Part shown: positions 53,109-64,000 of the stretch, piece by piece
Layout of the letters: each line of letters begins with the position of its first letter
How positions within the stretch are numbered: the first letter of the stretch is position 1
NCBI GenBank assembly: GCA_035508055.1
Contig: DATJNO010000096.1
Span: 2,609 to 66,608 of the forward strand
DNA length: 64,000 nucleotides
Direction: 5' to 3'
From: Bryobacteraceae bacterium
Lineage (GTDB): Bacteria > Acidobacteriota > Terriglobia > Bryobacterales > Bryobacteraceae
Translations under genes and position numbers: made by a program
Notes under the pieces: generated by a model
Told to the model about the DNA's origin: nothing
Databases searched by the model: none
Seen by the model: the letters and a program-made list of their open reading frames with translations, nothing else

Positions 53109-54043
53109 ATCACGCGCAGCACGATCTTCCCCCGGGTGTGGCCGGTGGCGTTCAGTTCATGCGCCTTGTTGGCTTCCGAGAGAGGCAGTACGGCGTCCAG
53201 GATGACCTTGACCTTCCCGGCGTCCACCAGCCGGGCGATCTCGGCCAGCTGCTGCCCGTTGGCCTGCACCATCACGCCGGCTCCCCGCACGCCATGCGCC
53301 TTGGCCTCTTCTTCGGACGGCGGGCCAAGAATCGACACGAGGATGCCGCCCTTTTTGAGCGCCTTCCAGGACCGCGTGCGAACTTCGCCGGCCATCGCGT
53401 CCAGGACCATGTCGGCGTCCTGGATGACGTCTTCAAACCGCGCGGTCTGGTAATCGATCGGCTCGTCGACGCCCAGCTCCCTCAGGAATTCCAGGTTGCA
53501 GCCTGAAGCGGTTCCGGCCACGCACGCGCTTTTGAGCTTGGCGAACTGAACTGCGAACGTGCCCACGCCTCCAGCCGCGGCGTGAATCAAAATCTTTTGA
53601 CCCGCGCTCAGCCCTCCCGCCTCCAACGCCTGCCAGGCCGTCAAAGCCGCCAGGGGAATGGCGGCGGCGTGGACATGGTCCAACGACTTCGGCTTCAGCG
53701 CGATTTCCGACGCCCGCGCCGCGATGTATTCCGCGTAGGCGCCCGCGCGCGAAATATCCGGACGAGAATAAACCTCATCGCCCGGCTTCCATGGAGTGAC
53801 GCCCGCGCCCACCGATTCCACCACGCCCGAAAAATCCCAGCCGATTACGATCGGCAGCGTGTAGTTCAAGAAACCTTTCGCATAGCCGGCGCGCACCTTC
53901 CAGTCCACCGGATTCACGCCCGCCGCGTGCACGCGCACCAAAACCTCGCCCGCCGCCGGCTCGGGCCGAGGGCAATCCTCGTAGCGCAGCATCTCCGGGC
54001 CTCCGTAGCCGTGCAGGCGCACCGCTTTCATCGTTGCCATCAA
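53105..54043 (-). CDS. NADPH:quinone oxidoreductase / zinc-type alcohol dehydrogenase superfamily (MDR)
   Basis: MKAVRLHGYGGPEMLRYED.. and the AAGGVGTFAVQ Rossmann motif. Confidence 0.85.
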   Translation of the reverse strand: MMATMKAVRLHGYGGPEMLRYEDCPRPEPAAGEVLVRVHAAGVNPVDWKVRAGYAKGFLNYTLPIVIGWDFSGVVESVGAGVTPWKPGDEVYSRPDISRAGAYAEYIAARASEIALKPKSLDHVHAAAIPLAALTAWQALEAGGLSAGQKILIHAAAGGVGTFAVQFAKLKSACVAGTASGCNLEFLRELGVDEPIDYQTARFEDVIQDADMVLDAMAGEVRTRSWKALKKGGILVSILGPPSEEEAKAHGVRGAGVMVQANGQQLAEIARLVDAGKVKVILDAVLPLSEANKAHELNATGHTRGKIVLRVI

Positions 54044-54111
54044 ATCCTCCTGCTATTAGAAGCTTAGACTATCAGGGAAGATTCGCCGGAGTTACTGCAT
54101 ACTGGTAGGAA

Positions 54112-56043
54112 GTGTTCCATTTCATCGAGAAGCAGATTTTCAGCCGGGTTGTGTCCTTTGTGGGCGGGCGCTGGGAGCTTTCCGTCCCCACCATGCTCGA
54201 AGCACCGAAGCAGTCATCGTTCGGAGAGCTGGCCATCCCGGTGGCGTTTCATCTGGCCCGGCAGCTCAAACGCGCGCCCGTCAGCATTGCGCGCGAGATG
54301 GTCGAGAACATCGGCCCGCTCGAAGGCGTTTCTGCTCTCGAGGTGGCCGGCAACGGATACATTAACGTCCGGCTGGATCGCGGCGAGTATGGCGCAGGCA
54401 TCCTGCAAGGCAAGGGCGAGGCCCGTGAGGCCATAGCGGGCAAGATCATCGTCGAACACACCAACATCAATCCCAATAAGGCCGCGCATATCGGGCACCT
54501 GCGCAACGCGGTGCTGGGCGACACGTTCGTGCGCATGCTCCGCGCCAGCGGCCGCACGGTGGAGGTGCAGAACTACATCGACAATACGGGCGTGCAGGTG
54601 GCGGATGTGGTGGCGGCTTTCCACTTCCTGAGAAAGATGTCGTACGGCGATGTCGTCGAGCTAATCGGGCGTACCCGATTCGATTACTACTGCTGGGATC
54701 TCTACGCCGAGGTCTCGGCGCACCCGGAATTGAAGGAATGGCGGCAGCACGCTCTGCACGCCATTGAACATCGGGAAGGTGAGTTGGTCCATCTGGCGTC
54801 GAAGGTCAGCGAAGTGATCGTCGGTTATCACCTCAACACGATGGCGAGGCTCGGTGTTCGCTATGATCTGCTTCCTCGCGAGAGCGACGTCGTGTGGCTC
54901 AAGTTCTGGGAGACGGCCTTCGAGCAATTGAAGGAGCGCAAGGCGATCTACTTCGAGACCGAGGGCAAGAACAAAGGCTGCTGGGTGATGCCCGCCAGCG
55001 CGTTCAAAGAACAGACCGGTGAGGATACCGAAGACAGCAAAGTAATTGTGCGTTCCAACAACACGGTCACCTACGTTGGCAAGGATATCGCGTACCAGCT
55101 CTGGAAGTTTGGATTGCTGCCCGGTAAAGATTTCTTCTACGTGCTATGGCCCGAGCATGAGGTCTATGTGACTACGGCGGAGCCGCAGCCGCAGCTCGAT
55201 CGCGAATTCGGGCATGGCGATTCGGTCTACAACGTCATCGATTCGCGCCAGTCTTACCTGCAGGACGTTGTCGTCGCCGGGCTGCGCGCGCTCGGCTACA
55301 ACCAGCAGGCTGACCGGTCCGTTCATTTTTCTTACGAGATGGTCGCTCTGTCTCCGCGCACCTGCGTCGAGCTGGGCATCGAGCTTTCTGAAGAAGATAA
55401 GAAGCGGCCGTACGTCGAAGTCTCCGGCCGCAAGGGCTTGGGCGTCAAAGCCGATGACCTGATCGACAAACTGATCGAGAAGGCGCAGGAAGAAGTGGAC
55501 TCGCGGCATCCGGAAGCGCCCGCCGCCGAACGCCGCGAAGTGGCCGCACAAATCGCCGTCGGCGCGCTGCGCTACTTCATGCTCAAGTACACGCGCAATT
55601 CAGTCATCGCATTCGATCTGCAAGAAGCCCTCAGTTTCGAGGGCGAGACCGGACCGTACGTTCAATACACCGCCGTGCGCGCCCGCAACATCCTGCGCAA
55701 ACTGGCCGAGCGCGGCGAGACGCTGCCGGATTTCGCGAAAGCGCTGGATCAGGCTGCCTTCGCGCGCCAGCTTGCCGACGAAAATCTCTGGCAGCTTCTG
55801 CTGTTGGCCTCCAAGGCCGATTCAGCGATCGACCGCGCGGTGGCTTCCGGCGAGCCCGCGCACGCCGCCAAGTACGCGTTCCAACTGGCCCAGGCGTTCA
55901 ACAGTTTCTATCACAGCTATCCGGTGCTCACCGAAGAAAACGCCGAAAAACGCACTTTCCTTTTGTGGATGACCGACTACTTCCGCAGCCAACTGGCGCG
56001 TACCCTCGCCGTGCTCGGCATCGCCGTGCCGGAATACATGTAG
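54112..56043 (+). CDS. argS: arginine--tRNA ligase
   Basis: Motifs HTNINPNKAAHIGHLRN (HIGH), ..DVVAAF.. and C-terminal ..YHSYPVL (DALR anticodon-binding domain). GTG start as in the track. Confidence 0.9.
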   Translation: MFHFIEKQIFSRVVSFVGGRWELSVPTMLEAPKQSSFGELAIPVAFHLARQLKRAPVSIAREMVENIGPLEGVSALEVAGNGYINVRLDRGEYGAGILQGKGEAREAIAGKIIVEHTNINPNKAAHIGHLRNAVLGDTFVRMLRASGRTVEVQNYIDNTGVQVADVVAAFHFLRKMSYGDVVELIGRTRFDYYCWDLYAEVSAHPELKEWRQHALHAIEHREGELVHLASKVSEVIVGYHLNTMARLGVRYDLLPRESDVVWLKFWETAFEQLKERKAIYFETEGKNKGCWVMPASAFKEQTGEDTEDSKVIVRSNNTVTYVGKDIAYQLWKFGLLPGKDFFYVLWPEHEVYVTTAEPQPQLDREFGHGDSVYNVIDSRQSYLQDVVVAGLRALGYNQQADRSVHFSYEMVALSPRTCVELGIELSEEDKKRPYVEVSGRKGLGVKADDLIDKLIEKAQEEVDSRHPEAPAAERREVAAQIAVGALRYFMLKYTRNSVIAFDLQEALSFEGETGPYVQYTAVRARNILRKLAERGETLPDFAKALDQAAFARQLADENLWQLLLLASKADSAIDRAVASGEPAHAAKYAFQLAQAFNSFYHSYPVLTEENAEKRTFLLWMTDYFRSQLARTLAVLGIAVPEYM

Positions 56044-56178
56044 CAGCACGGGGACAGACGGATGTGTCCCCACGGCGCCGGGGGTGCGGGACAGACGGAT
56101 CTGTCCACGCGCGACGTCCTAAACACTTGTTCTGGAGGTAATCTGCCGCTTGAGACAGATTCGTCTGTCCCGTGCTGC
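56043..56178. repeat. array of three GGACAGA..TCTGTCC hairpins, enclosed by a 17-bp long-range inverted repeat (argS-acnA intergenic region)
   Basis: Hairpins at 56050-56071 (GGGGACA/TGTCCCC), 56089-56106 (GGACAGA/TCTGTCC) and 56154-56169 (GACAGA-TTCG-TCTGTC). GCAGCACGGGGACAGACG (56043-56060) pairs with CGTCTGTCCCGTGCTGC (56162-56178). Confidence 0.7.
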
Positions 56179-56195
56179 GTCTACAATGGAGTTGC

Positions 56196-58847
<2,652 letters not shown>

Positions 58848-58860
58848 CTATGACGATCTA

Positions 58861-59646
58861 CTAATCGAGCACGCGGACGAACTCGGCGATGATGCGGTAC
58901 TTGTCCTCGTCCGGATCGAGGTCCCAGGAAGGGTAATCGGGATTGAGGGATTCCAGCCGGATGCGCGTGTGGCGCCACTCGCCGCCGGCGCTCTTCTCGC
59001 TGAGATATCGCTTCACCGTGTAGCTGTTGTCGGCGCGATTTTCCACCAAAACGAGCCGGCCCTGGCGCGATCCCGCCACGCCGTGGCGGAACACGCACAG
59101 CGCCCCGTCGGGAATGAGCGGCTCCATGGAATGGCCCGCGATCTCGGCGATGAACATGTCCGGCGCCAGGCGCAGGTCTTCCGGCGTTTCCATCCAGGCC
59201 TGTTCGGAGATTTCTTCATTCTCCAGGAATTTTCCCGCCGCCGCGCGCAGCGAGTAGCGCGGCAGATGCGTGCGGAACTCCAGCACCTGGCTCGGAACGT
59301 TCTTGCGATACAACCGGTCCAAGGTGCGCGCGAAACTATCCACCAGAACCGCTTCGCGATCCGTGATGCGCACCGCTCCCGCCAGCGTCGACTCCAGGTA
59401 CTCGAACAGCTTCGCGGCGCCAATCTCGCGCGCCTTCGCGGCCAGGTCGTCGGCCAGCGCTTCGAGCACTTCCAGGTCTTCGTCCTCGGCCAGGGTTTCC
59501 ATGTCGCGGCGGAAGCGGACATGCAGCTCGTCGGCTTCGGGATCCTGCAGCAGCACGCCGATGTTCACCTGGCCGCGGCCCGGAATATCGGCCTGCACCA
59601 GGCAGTACTTCCCCTCGCGGGTTTGAGCGATAGCGGAGGCGGACAT
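58861..59646 (-). CDS. LexA-like S24 peptidase-domain protein with an unrecognised, non-HTH N-terminal domain
   Basis: The C-terminal half has the cleavage-site-like LRAAAGKF, catalytic Ser in AGHSMEP and Lys in YTVKRY. The N-terminal ~125 aa (..KYCLVQADIPGRGQVNIGVLLQDPE..) shows no HTH. Confidence 0.7.
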   Translation of the reverse strand: MSASAIAQTREGKYCLVQADIPGRGQVNIGVLLQDPEADELHVRFRRDMETLAEDEDLEVLEALADDLAAKAREIGAAKLFEYLESTLAGAVRITDREAVLVDSFARTLDRLYRKNVPSQVLEFRTHLPRYSLRAAAGKFLENEEISEQAWMETPEDLRLAPDMFIAEIAGHSMEPLIPDGALCVFRHGVAGSRQGRLVLVENRADNSYTVKRYLSEKSAGGEWRHTRIRLESLNPDYPSWDLDPDEDKYRIIAEFVRVLD

Positions 59647-59690
59647 AACGGGCTTACTGCACTTATCGGCCGGATTCCGGCGCCCAATAG

Positions 59691-60794
59691 CTACGGGGAG
59701 AACGGATAGTAGCCCTTCCGCGCGCGCACCTTCACGTTGGCCAGGTCTACCTTCACAATGATGTTCCGGAACTGCTTGTTGGCGTCGGTCGAGTCGGGCG
59801 TATAGCGGATGATGTATTGCGTGGTTACTTCGCCTACTACCGCCTCCACGGCCTTATACATCCCGTTGGCCAGTTCGGCGGCGTACTGCCCCGTTCCGAC
59901 CTTCAGCGCGTAATTGCCTTCGTCGGACGGCGTCGAGAGAAACCCGGCAACGTCCGCATAAGGGTCGTTGAGCGGGTATTCCACACGCCCTCCAGTCTCC
60001 TCCGCCAGCCGTGTCAGATTCGCGGAATCCGGATTGTCGAAGCCGAAGGCCACCGTACTCACGCCGTAGATGGTCACCAGGTTGCGTTGGGCGATCTCCA
60101 GCGCTTGGTCCAGCGTCTTGCTGCTGGCATTGTCGTGCCCGTCGCCGATGATCACCAGAACTCGCCGCGGCTCAATCGGCTCGCCCTGGATCAACCTGCG
60201 GTTGGTGCAGGCCATGTAGATGGAGTCGTACAAGGCCGCGCCCCCGCTCGGCCTCAGCTTCTCCAGCTTCTTCACGATCGGGTCCGGGTCCGAGCCGGTA
60301 TTCACCAGCAGGTCGGCCGAGTTGGAGTAGCCGATCAAGTAGCCGCTGAACTTCGGATTGTCGCCCGGAATCAGATTCTGCACTAACTCTACTGCCGCAT
60401 CCTGGTAATTTTTCCAATGCAGCCGGCTGGAATTGCTCAGGTCGACCAGAAAGCCGACCACCACCGGCTGGCTGCGCTCGCGGGTGAAGAATTGGATCTT
60501 TTGCTGTCTGCCTTCGTCGAAGATCTGGAAATCCTTCTCGTCCAGGTCCGAAACAAAGCGCCCTTTGATATCCGTGACCGTGATGGGCACGATGACTTCG
60601 TTGACCTGCACCTGGATGGGCGGCTGAGCCGGGACTGTACTCGTACCGGCCGGGGCTGCACTGCCAGCGGCTGGAGCCACGCTGGCCGTGGCCGGCGCCA
60701 CACTGGCGGGCTTCAGGGGAGGGGAAACAGGCGCGGAGGATTGCGCGCTCAAGCTCACCGCCAAAACCGACAGCAGACACATCCGCGGGTACAT
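59691..60794 (-). CDS. secreted VWA-domain protein (acidobacterial VWFA-related type)
   Basis: Signal peptide, then VNEVIVPITVTDIKGRFVSDLDEKDFQIFDEGRQQKIQFF and a VWA fold with DLSNSS. Confidence 0.8.
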   Translation of the reverse strand: MYPRMCLLSVLAVSLSAQSSAPVSPPLKPASVAPATASVAPAAGSAAPAGTSTVPAQPPIQVQVNEVIVPITVTDIKGRFVSDLDEKDFQIFDEGRQQKIQFFTRERSQPVVVGFLVDLSNSSRLHWKNYQDAAVELVQNLIPGDNPKFSGYLIGYSNSADLLVNTGSDPDPIVKKLEKLRPSGGAALYDSIYMACTNRRLIQGEPIEPRRVLVIIGDGHDNASSKTLDQALEIAQRNLVTIYGVSTVAFGFDNPDSANLTRLAEETGGRVEYPLNDPYADVAGFLSTPSDEGNYALKVGTGQYAAELANGMYKAVEAVVGEVTTQYIIRYTPDSTDANKQFRNIIVKVDLANVKVRARKGYYPFSP

Positions 60795-60931
60795 AGATAG
60801 ATAAGCCTAGCTCTGATTATAAAGCAGAAGTCCAACGCGTGAGCCGCGTAAGGCTCCGGCTTCGGGTTAAGCACGGGTGATAAGCTGCTTGTAACCTCGT
60901 TTGTATTCGATTAGACTGAAAACGTTGTGAG

Positions 60932-60989
60932 AAAAGCCGCACCGGGGGCCGGTTGGTGAGGACCGTCGAAGCCGCCGGTTCCGGTGCGG
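60932..60989 (-). terminator. candidate terminator-like hairpin (9-bp GC stem, large structured loop, CTTTTCT tail)
   Basis: On the minus strand, CCGCACCGG (60989-60981) pairs with CCGGTGCGG (60945-60937) and is followed by CTTTTCTC. Confidence 0.3.
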
Positions 60990-61143
60990 TGATGATCTAG
61001 CGTCGGCACGTCTGGCCGGATACTAAATTGCAGTTCCATTCCTGGCGAGGCCCGCGTCCTTCTTTCCTCTACCACGAACTCCAAACGCCACCGATACCGG
61101 ATCGCAGATGCGAGCATGGATCGGTTTGTTGACGAAGCGGCCC

Positions 61144-61324
61144 AAAAAAAATCCCTCTGCTGCAACCCACCGATCCGAGCCGGAGCGGTTGCAAAACTTG
61201 AAGCACCGGTTCCCGCAAGCACGCCGTTCACCAGTCCGCTCCTCCCATCTCTGCGCGTTGCAAGCAGAGGGTCAGGTTTTAAAGGTCACTTCATCAATTC
61301 AGTGCCCAATCTGCACGCCGCTCG
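61144..61324 (-). ncRNA. candidate ~180-nt structured sRNA or attenuator-type leader
   Basis: It lies downstream of a TTGTAA-17-GATTAT promoter-like site. A 14-bp closing stem (61257-61271 with 61153-61167) is followed by U8 (61144-61151). A competing local hairpin, CTCTGC..GCAGAG, sits at 61249-61269. There is no credible ORF. Confidence 0.35.
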
Positions 61325-61330
61325 CCAAGG

Positions 61331-61359
61331 ATAATCCTCACTGCTTCAATAGGTTACAA
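61331..61359 (-). promoter_or_regulatory. sigma70-like promoter candidate (TTGTAA-17 nt-GATTAT)
   Basis: Read on the minus strand, the -35 element is 61359-61354 and the -10 element is 61336-61331. Confidence 0.3.
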
Positions 61360-61497
61360 GCTGATCCCGGGCCGGCTTTGAGGCGCCGCGCTGCTGGCGG
61401 TGTGTCAGTGTGACACAATGGGTGGCTGGCGACCGGTGGCCGGTGATGACGGTCCGCCCCGGTAGCCGGCCACCAGTTACTGACCACCAGCCACTGC

Positions 61498-62841
61498 ATG
61501 CGCCTCGTCGTCCTCACCTGCCTTGCCACAGCGCTCGCCGCCCAAACCAGCGAGGAGTCCTTCCGCGTATACACGGACCATCCCCGGCTGCTCCTGACCG
61601 CCCAGAGGCTACGCCTGCTCAAGCGCGAACGCCAGCGCGAAACCATGCGCTGGAGGCAGTTTGACACGCTAATTCAGGGGTCGGCACAAATGCCCGAACC
61701 GGGATTTGCCCTGGCCCTCTATTACGCCGTCAGCGGCGACGCGGCCCGGGGCAAGCAGGCCGTGGAGTGGGCCTTAGGTTCCGGGGCCGATCTTCGCCAA
61801 CTGGCGCTGGTCTACGACTGGTGCCAGCCGCTGCTAAGCGCCGCGCAGTCCCGGACGCTCGCAGCCAAGATTCGCCTGCTGGCCGACCGGCAGCACGCCG
61901 CCGCACTGGGAGCCTGGCGCGACCGCGTTTTCGCCCTCATCGCCACATCGGATAGCGACGGTAACCAGCATCCGGAGGAAGCCCCGCTTCGGGACGCCAT
62001 CCAAAAGTGGTGGCGAATGCAGTTCGCCCCCGGCCTTGCCAGCGGCCAGACCACACTCGCTTTGCCCGACGCCTACGCGCTGCTCGAAATCCTGCACGCC
62101 GTCCGGGACAACCTGCAGATCGACCTGCGCGAGGCCGCCCCCGAATACTTCCGCGAGCTGCCCAAGTACCAGATCCTCGGCAACTATCCCGCCCCGCTGA
62201 AGGTCTCGGAAGACGAATACCGCATGCCCGTGTTCCAGGGAAACGGCGAACCCGACCTGGAGCACGCTGCCTTGGCCCGCGCGGCGGACTTCGCCATGGT
62301 CGCCTATGACAACAACGCGCTCGAAAACCAGTTTCTACAGGGCTTTCTGATCCAGGACCGGTATCAGTTAAAGACCCCCTTTGGGGCGCCCTACGAGTTC
62401 CTGTGGGCCAACCCCTATCAGCCCGGCCTAAGCTACTACCAGATGCCGGGAGTGTTTCACGACCCGCACACCGGCGCTCTGTTCGCGCGCTCCAGTTGGG
62501 ATGACGACGCCGATTGGTTCGGGCTGTACGATGGCGAAGCGCAGTTCTTCCACGACGGCCACATCACGGTGCTGAATCAGGCCGGGCACGCGTCGGACAC
62601 TCCCGAGCCGATCCCGATGGGCCTGGCTTCCGTGGTCTTCGGCCGCGTTCCGATGAAGTTTCACATGCCGGGCGGCACGGTCCTGGTGGTGGGATTGAAG
62701 CCGCGGCACAAGTATCTGGTCGAAGCCGACGACGAGGAAATGTGCGAAGCGATGACGGACCGCGCGGGCACCTTGGTGCTGGAGTATGCCGACGGACAAG
62801 CCGCGGGCGTGCGGATTCACGAAGAGACCGCCCCAAACTAG
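61498..62841 (+). CDS. hypothetical secreted protein (447 aa)
   Basis: Signal peptide MRLVVLTCLATALAAQ and a helical N-terminal half. I recognise no family with confidence. Confidence 0.6.
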   Translation: MRLVVLTCLATALAAQTSEESFRVYTDHPRLLLTAQRLRLLKRERQRETMRWRQFDTLIQGSAQMPEPGFALALYYAVSGDAARGKQAVEWALGSGADLRQLALVYDWCQPLLSAAQSRTLAAKIRLLADRQHAAALGAWRDRVFALIATSDSDGNQHPEEAPLRDAIQKWWRMQFAPGLASGQTTLALPDAYALLEILHAVRDNLQIDLREAAPEYFRELPKYQILGNYPAPLKVSEDEYRMPVFQGNGEPDLEHAALARAADFAMVAYDNNALENQFLQGFLIQDRYQLKTPFGAPYEFLWANPYQPGLSYYQMPGVFHDPHTGALFARSSWDDDADWFGLYDGEAQFFHDGHITVLNQAGHASDTPEPIPMGLASVVFGRVPMKFHMPGGTVLVVGLKPRHKYLVEADDEEMCEAMTDRAGTLVLEYADGQAAGVRIHEETAPN

Positions 62842-62844
62842 CGG

Positions 62845-63450
62845 CTATTTGATCTCCAGAACTTCCTTCTCTTTGGCTTTGACCGCCAGATCCAGCTTCT
62901 GGATGTAGCCGTCGGTCATCTTCTGGACTTCGTCGTGCGCGCGGCGGTCGTCGTCTTCGCTGATCAGCTTGTCCTTGAGCAGCTTCTTGACGGACTCGTT
63001 GGAGTCGCGCCGGATGTTCCGCATGGCCACTCGATGATCTTCGGCGATGTGGTGCACCTTCTTGACCAGATCCTTGCGGCGTTCTTCGGTCAGCGGCGGA
63101 ATGGGAACGCGGATGACCTTACCGTCATTGCCGGGATTCAATCCCAGATCGGAGGCGCGAATCGCTTTCTCGATCACCGAAATCTGCGTGACGTCCCAGG
63201 GCTGCACGGTGATCAAGGTCGGCTCGGGCACGTGCAGCGTCGCCAGCTGGTTCAATGGCGTGGGCGTTCCATAGTAATCCGCCCGCACGTTGTCCAGCAG
63301 GCTCACCGAAGCGCGGCCCGTGCGTACGCCGGCCATCTCGTGCTGCAGGTCCGACAGCACTTTCTCCATGCGCGTCTTGGCGTTCGTCTCCACGTCCTTC
63401 ACGCTCTGGAAGTTGTGCGCGGTTTGAGTTCCTTGAGGTTCGTTTTTCAT
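62845..63450 (-). CDS. frr: ribosome recycling factor
   Basis: ..LSDLQHEMAGVRTGRASVSLLDNVRADYYGTPTPLNQLA..PPLTEERRKDLVK.. Confidence 0.93.
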   Translation of the reverse strand: MKNEPQGTQTAHNFQSVKDVETNAKTRMEKVLSDLQHEMAGVRTGRASVSLLDNVRADYYGTPTPLNQLATLHVPEPTLITVQPWDVTQISVIEKAIRASDLGLNPGNDGKVIRVPIPPLTEERRKDLVKKVHHIAEDHRVAMRNIRRDSNESVKKLLKDKLISEDDDRRAHDEVQKMTDGYIQKLDLAVKAKEKEVLEIK

Positions 63451-63459
63451 AACGTTGGA

Positions 63460-64000
63460 CTAGTGAATCAAAGTTCCGATGGGCTCGCCCATCGACATAC
63501 GCATTATATTGCCGAACACGTTCAGATTAAAGACCAGAATGGGAAGCTGGTTGTCGCGGCACATGGCCACGGCGGAAGCGTCCAGCACCTTCAGGGCCTG
63601 GGCGAGCACTTCGTGATAGCTGATCTCCGGGTACAGCACGGCGTCGGTGTGGCGCAGGGGGTCTTTGTCGTACACCCCGTTCACGCGCGTGCCCTTGGCG
63701 ATCACGTTGGCATGGATCTCCAAGGCGCGCAACGTGGCCGCGGTGTCCGTGGAGAAGTAGGGGTTGGACGTGCCGGCGGCGAAGATCACGATGCGGCCCT
63801 TTTCCAGATGGCGGATGGCCCGGCGGCGGATGTACGGCTCGGCCACCTGATGCATCTGGATGGCGGTCATCACGCGCGTGGGAACGCCGGCTTTTTCGAG
63901 CGCGTCCTGCAGCGCCAGCGCGTTGATCACCGTGGCCAGCATGCCCATGTGGTCGGCCGCCACGCGATCCATGTTCATCGCGGCCGCGGCCACGCCACGG
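63460..64000 (-). CDS. pyrH: UMP kinase (N-terminus beyond the window end)
   Basis: ..[39 protein letters not shown]..; the frame is open to the window edge. Confidence 0.9.
   Translation of the reverse strand, partial: RGVAAAAMNMDRVAADHMGMLATVINALALQDALEKAGVPTRVMTAIQMHQVAEPYIRRRAIRHLEKGRIVIFAAGTSNPYFSTDTAATLRALEIHANVIAKGTRVNGVYDKDPLRHTDAVLYPEISYHEVLAQALKVLDASAVAMCRDNQLPILVFNLNVFGNIMRMSMGEPIGTLIH

Noticed and set aside
61240-61320. Loose resemblance of the minus-strand sequence GGGCACTGAAT..AAAACCTGACC..GCAGAGATGGGA to a TPP riboswitch
   Set aside because: The invariant CUGAGA and UAAU-type loop elements are absent, and the downstream gene is not thiamine-related. I treat the region as an unclassified structured RNA candidate instead.

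Overview
This is a high-GC bacterial chromosome segment. It is probably Acidobacteriota, inferred from gene content and an acidobacterial-type VWFA protein; no database search was possible. About 60 genes are dense, ordinary housekeeping: mreBCD-mrdA-rodA, RNase E/G, ruvAB, yebC-ruvC, folK, lpxA/lpxD, deoB, tpiA, ffh-rpsP, trpD, purC, argS, acnA, frr, pyrH.

The accessory content is concentrated in the first 20 kb:
1. A xoxJ-xoxG-xoxF lanthanide-type methanol dehydrogenase cluster. The xoxF gene (1-1676, minus strand) runs off the window edge and is absent from the supplied ORF track.
2. A 418-bp cassette with perfect 15-bp terminal inverted repeats, abutted by an 8-bp direct duplication. Its only ORF is a 109-aa stand-alone GIY-YIG nuclease domain. 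This is a candidate novel mobile element.
3. Two large sensor kinases.
4. A roughly 10.1-kb tract bounded by an intact tRNA-Ser(GGA) gene and an exact 22-nt direct copy of that tRNA's 3' end. This is classic genomic-island geometry, but I found no integrase.

The island cargo is odd:
- a 5'-truncated sigma54 activator;
- an RRM RNA-binding protein;
- a tight groES-groEL-zinc ribbon-SagB dehydrogenase operon, in which GroEL has an in-frame deletion of about 55 codons that removes the GDGTTTATV ATP-binding loop;
- a front-end-type desaturase;
- vapBC;
- a wrecked SF2 helicase.

Elsewhere in the window:
- RNase E/G has a ~350-aa low-complexity insert inside its S1 domain.
- There is a DHp-only histidine-kinase fragment protein.
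- A LexA-like S24 peptidase has a non-HTH N-terminus.
- A triple-hairpin repeat array sits between argS and acnA.
- A 700-bp gene-free region carries a promoter, nested stems and U-tracts, suggesting an sRNA or attenuator.

Many long ORFs in the track are antisense or high-GC artefacts, or over-extended N-termini. Start codons given here are my best manual choices.
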